A DNA stretch of 14,554 nucleotides. Source: Methanobacteriota archaeon (GTDB lineage Archaea; Thermoplasmatota; Thermoplasmata; RBG-16-68-12). The notes beneath the pieces are model-generated. The model saw only the letters and a program-made list of their open reading frames with translations. It ran no database searches and was not told where the DNA came from. The position numbers were made by a program, and so were the translations under genes. The number at the start of each line of letters is the position of its first letter. Within the stretch, counting starts at the first letter, position 1. Location of the stretch: the NCBI GenBank assembly GCA_005878955.1, contig VBMI01000078.1, positions 1-14,554 on the forward strand, written 5' to 3'. Shown here in pieces: positions 13,010 to 14,554 of the stretch.

Positions 13010-13666
13010 TCACTCCCGCCATCCCTCGGAGCCGATGAGCGGGACGAACGCGCACGGCGTCCCCTCCTTCGTCTCCCACTTCGACTCGGATGTGCGGCGC
13101 GCGGTGACGAGGACCTGCGAGAGACGGGACCGCCCGATGGGCGCGACGATCCGGCCGCCGACCTTGGTCTGGTCCCTCCATGGGTTCGGGATTCTCGGCG
13201 CCCCCGCGGTGGCCATGACGCAGTCGTAGGGCGCCCGCGGCGGGTAGCCCCTCGTGCCGTCCCCGACGACGACCTCCACCCGGTACCCACACGTCGCGAG
13301 GTTCGCCCGCCCGAGCTCGGCGAGCTCGGGATGCCGCTCGATCGACACGACGCGGTCCGGGCCCACGATCTCTGCGAGAAGCGCGGCGTTGTACCCGGAC
13401 CCAGTCCCGACCTCGAGGACCGCCTCGCCCTCCCGGAGGGCCGCCTCCTCGAGCATGATCGCGATCATGGAGGGGGCCGAGATCGTCTGCCCCCCACCAA
13501 TGGGGAGGGGCACGTCCTCGTAGGCGGATCGCCGGAGGTCCTCCGGCACGAACCGCTCCCTCGGGACTGCCAGGAACGCCCGCCGGACCGCGGCGGACTC
13601 CACGTACCCCCACTTCCCGAGGCGCTCGACGAGGTCCTTCCGCTCCCGCTCCGAGTCGGGTCCCAT
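13010..13666 (-). CDS. pcm: Protein-L-isoaspartate O-methyltransferase
   Basis: Motifs: VPRERFVPE, PLPIGGGQTISAPSMIA, the SAM motif VLEVGTGSGYNAALLA, VVSIERHPEL, GDGTRGYPPRAPYD, GGRIVAPIG. ATG 13666 is preferred because a weak A/T box at 13690-13698 lies about 28 nt upstream. The track start is GTG 13678. Confidence 0.92.
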   Translation of the reverse strand: MGPDSERERKDLVERLGKWGYVESAAVRRAFLAVPRERFVPEDLRRSAYEDVPLPIGGGQTISAPSMIAIMLEEAALREGEAVLEVGTGSGYNAALLAEIVGPDRVVSIERHPELAELGRANLATCGYRVEVVVGDGTRGYPPRAPYDCVMATAGAPRIPNPWRDQTKVGGRIVAPIGRSRLSQVLVTARRTSESKWETKEGTPCAFVPLIGSEGWRE

Positions 13667-13705
13667 CGGGGTTGACACGGCCCGCGCGCTACTTGAATCT
13701 GGCCC

Positions 13706-14554
13706 TCACGGGAAGGCCGCGAGGAGGGCGGTCGCGAGGACGAGGGTCGCGATCGTTGCCGGAAACCCCGCCCGGAACCAGTCCTTGAACGAGATCTCGA
13801 CTCCCTGGCGGGAGGCGGCCTGGACGACGATCACGTTCGCCGCCGCGCCGAGGATCGTCGCGTTCCCCGCGAGGGTCGAGCTCGCGGCGAGGGTGAGCCA
13901 CAGCCGGCGGTTCGTGGCGAGGGGTGCGAGGAGGAGGACCGCGGGCACGTTCGACACGAGGTTCGACAGGACCGCGGTCAGGCCCGAGAGCCACCAGACG
14001 CCGCCCGCGCTCCCGCCGGAGAGGGCGGTGAACCCCCCCTCGATCGAGTCGGCGAGGCCCGAGGACTGGACGCCCGCGATCACCACGAAGAGCCCGATGA
14101 AGAACAGGAGAATCGACCAGTCCACCTTCCCGAGGATCCCCCGTCCCGAGGCCCCGCGGTTGACGAGCGGCAGCCCGAAGAGGACGACGCTCCCGCCCGT
14201 GAGCGCGATCGCGGGGAGCCACGTGGGGGTGCTCGCGAAGAACCCGACGACCGCGACGAGGAGGACCCCGAGGGTGAACGCGAGCCCCGGCTTGTGGATC
14301 GGGACGAGGGAATCGTGGGGCGGGCGGCTCGTGATCGCGTCCGCCAGCCGGTGGCGGAACGCCAGCCGGACGACGCCGATCGCGACGGCGAGGCAGGCCG
14401 CGGTGATCGGGGCCATGATCAGCGCGTAGTCCAGGAATGGGATTCCGCTGTGGATCCCGATATACGCGTTCTGCGGGTTCCCGACCTCCGTCGCGACGCT
14501 CCCGACGTTCACCGCGATGCCCTCCCCGACGAGGAACGGCACGGGGTCGACCCC
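13706..14554 (-). CDS. ArsB/NhaD-superfamily (citrate-transporter-like) anion permease, C-terminal part; 5' end beyond the window
   Basis: A highly hydrophobic multi-TM sequence with VGNPQN, NLVSNVPAVLLLAPL and STLAGNATILGAAANVIV motifs. The frame stays open from the track start (GTG 14542) to the window edge (..GVDP), so the gene is truncated. Confidence 0.8.
   Translation of the reverse strand, partial: GVDPVPFLVGEGIAVNVGSVATEVGNPQNAYIGIHSGIPFLDYALIMAPITAACLAVAIGVVRLAFRHRLADAITSRPPHDSLVPIHKPGLAFTLGVLLVAVVGFFASTPTWLPAIALTGGSVVLFGLPLVNRGASGRGILGKVDWSILLFFIGLFVVIAGVQSSGLADSIEGGFTALSGGSAGGVWWLSGLTAVLSNLVSNVPAVLLLAPLATNRRLWLTLAASSTLAGNATILGAAANVIVVQAASRQGVEISFKDWFRAGFPATIATLVLATALLAAFP

Overview
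GC-rich, gene-dense window that reads as an archaeal chromosome segment. A/T-rich TATA-like boxes sit about 25-30 nt before the first gene of each unit, several starts look leaderless, and GGAGG sites appear mainly before operon-internal genes. Layout: 1-2300 holds a partial YahK-like Zn-ADH (-), a stand-alone LigD phosphoesterase (+), and an NTF2/SnoaL-like gene plus msrB (-). 2379-2789 is a VOC/glyoxalase gene. 2994-8421 is sufB-sufC-sufD-sufU-sufS. 8462-9278 is a JAMM/MPN metalloprotease plus a single-domain rhodanese. 9342-11857 is a cassette with its own promoter whose last three genes are joined by 4-nt start/stop overlaps: a 92-aa ubiquitin-fold protein with an internal Gly-Gly and an 11-aa tail, an E2-fold protein, a 253-aa ThiF-type E1, and a 316-aa JAMM protein with an unassigned C-terminal half. 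To the right are a convergent triple zinc-ribbon protein, a small basic protein, a conserved hypothetical, pcm, and a partial ArsB/NhaD-type permease. Main hunt result: the Ubl, E2 and E1 do not look like the usual prokaryotic MoaD/ThiS/SAMP + MoeB set. By eye, compared with human sequences recalled from memory, they resemble UFM1, UFC1 and UBA5 respectively. That makes this a candidate prokaryotic UFMylation-type cascade that uses JAMM metalloproteases in place of UfSP cysteine proteases, sitting next to a complete sulfur-mobilisation module (SufS, SufU, rhodanese). Secondary observations: sufC has no in-frame stop codon; promoter-associated repeats occur at the suf and Ubl operons; there is a candidate small structured RNA; and the left 2.3 kb has a different codon style. 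Everything here comes from reading the sequence by eye. No database search, folding or statistics were run. I did not recognise any tRNA, rRNA, CRISPR array or transposase.
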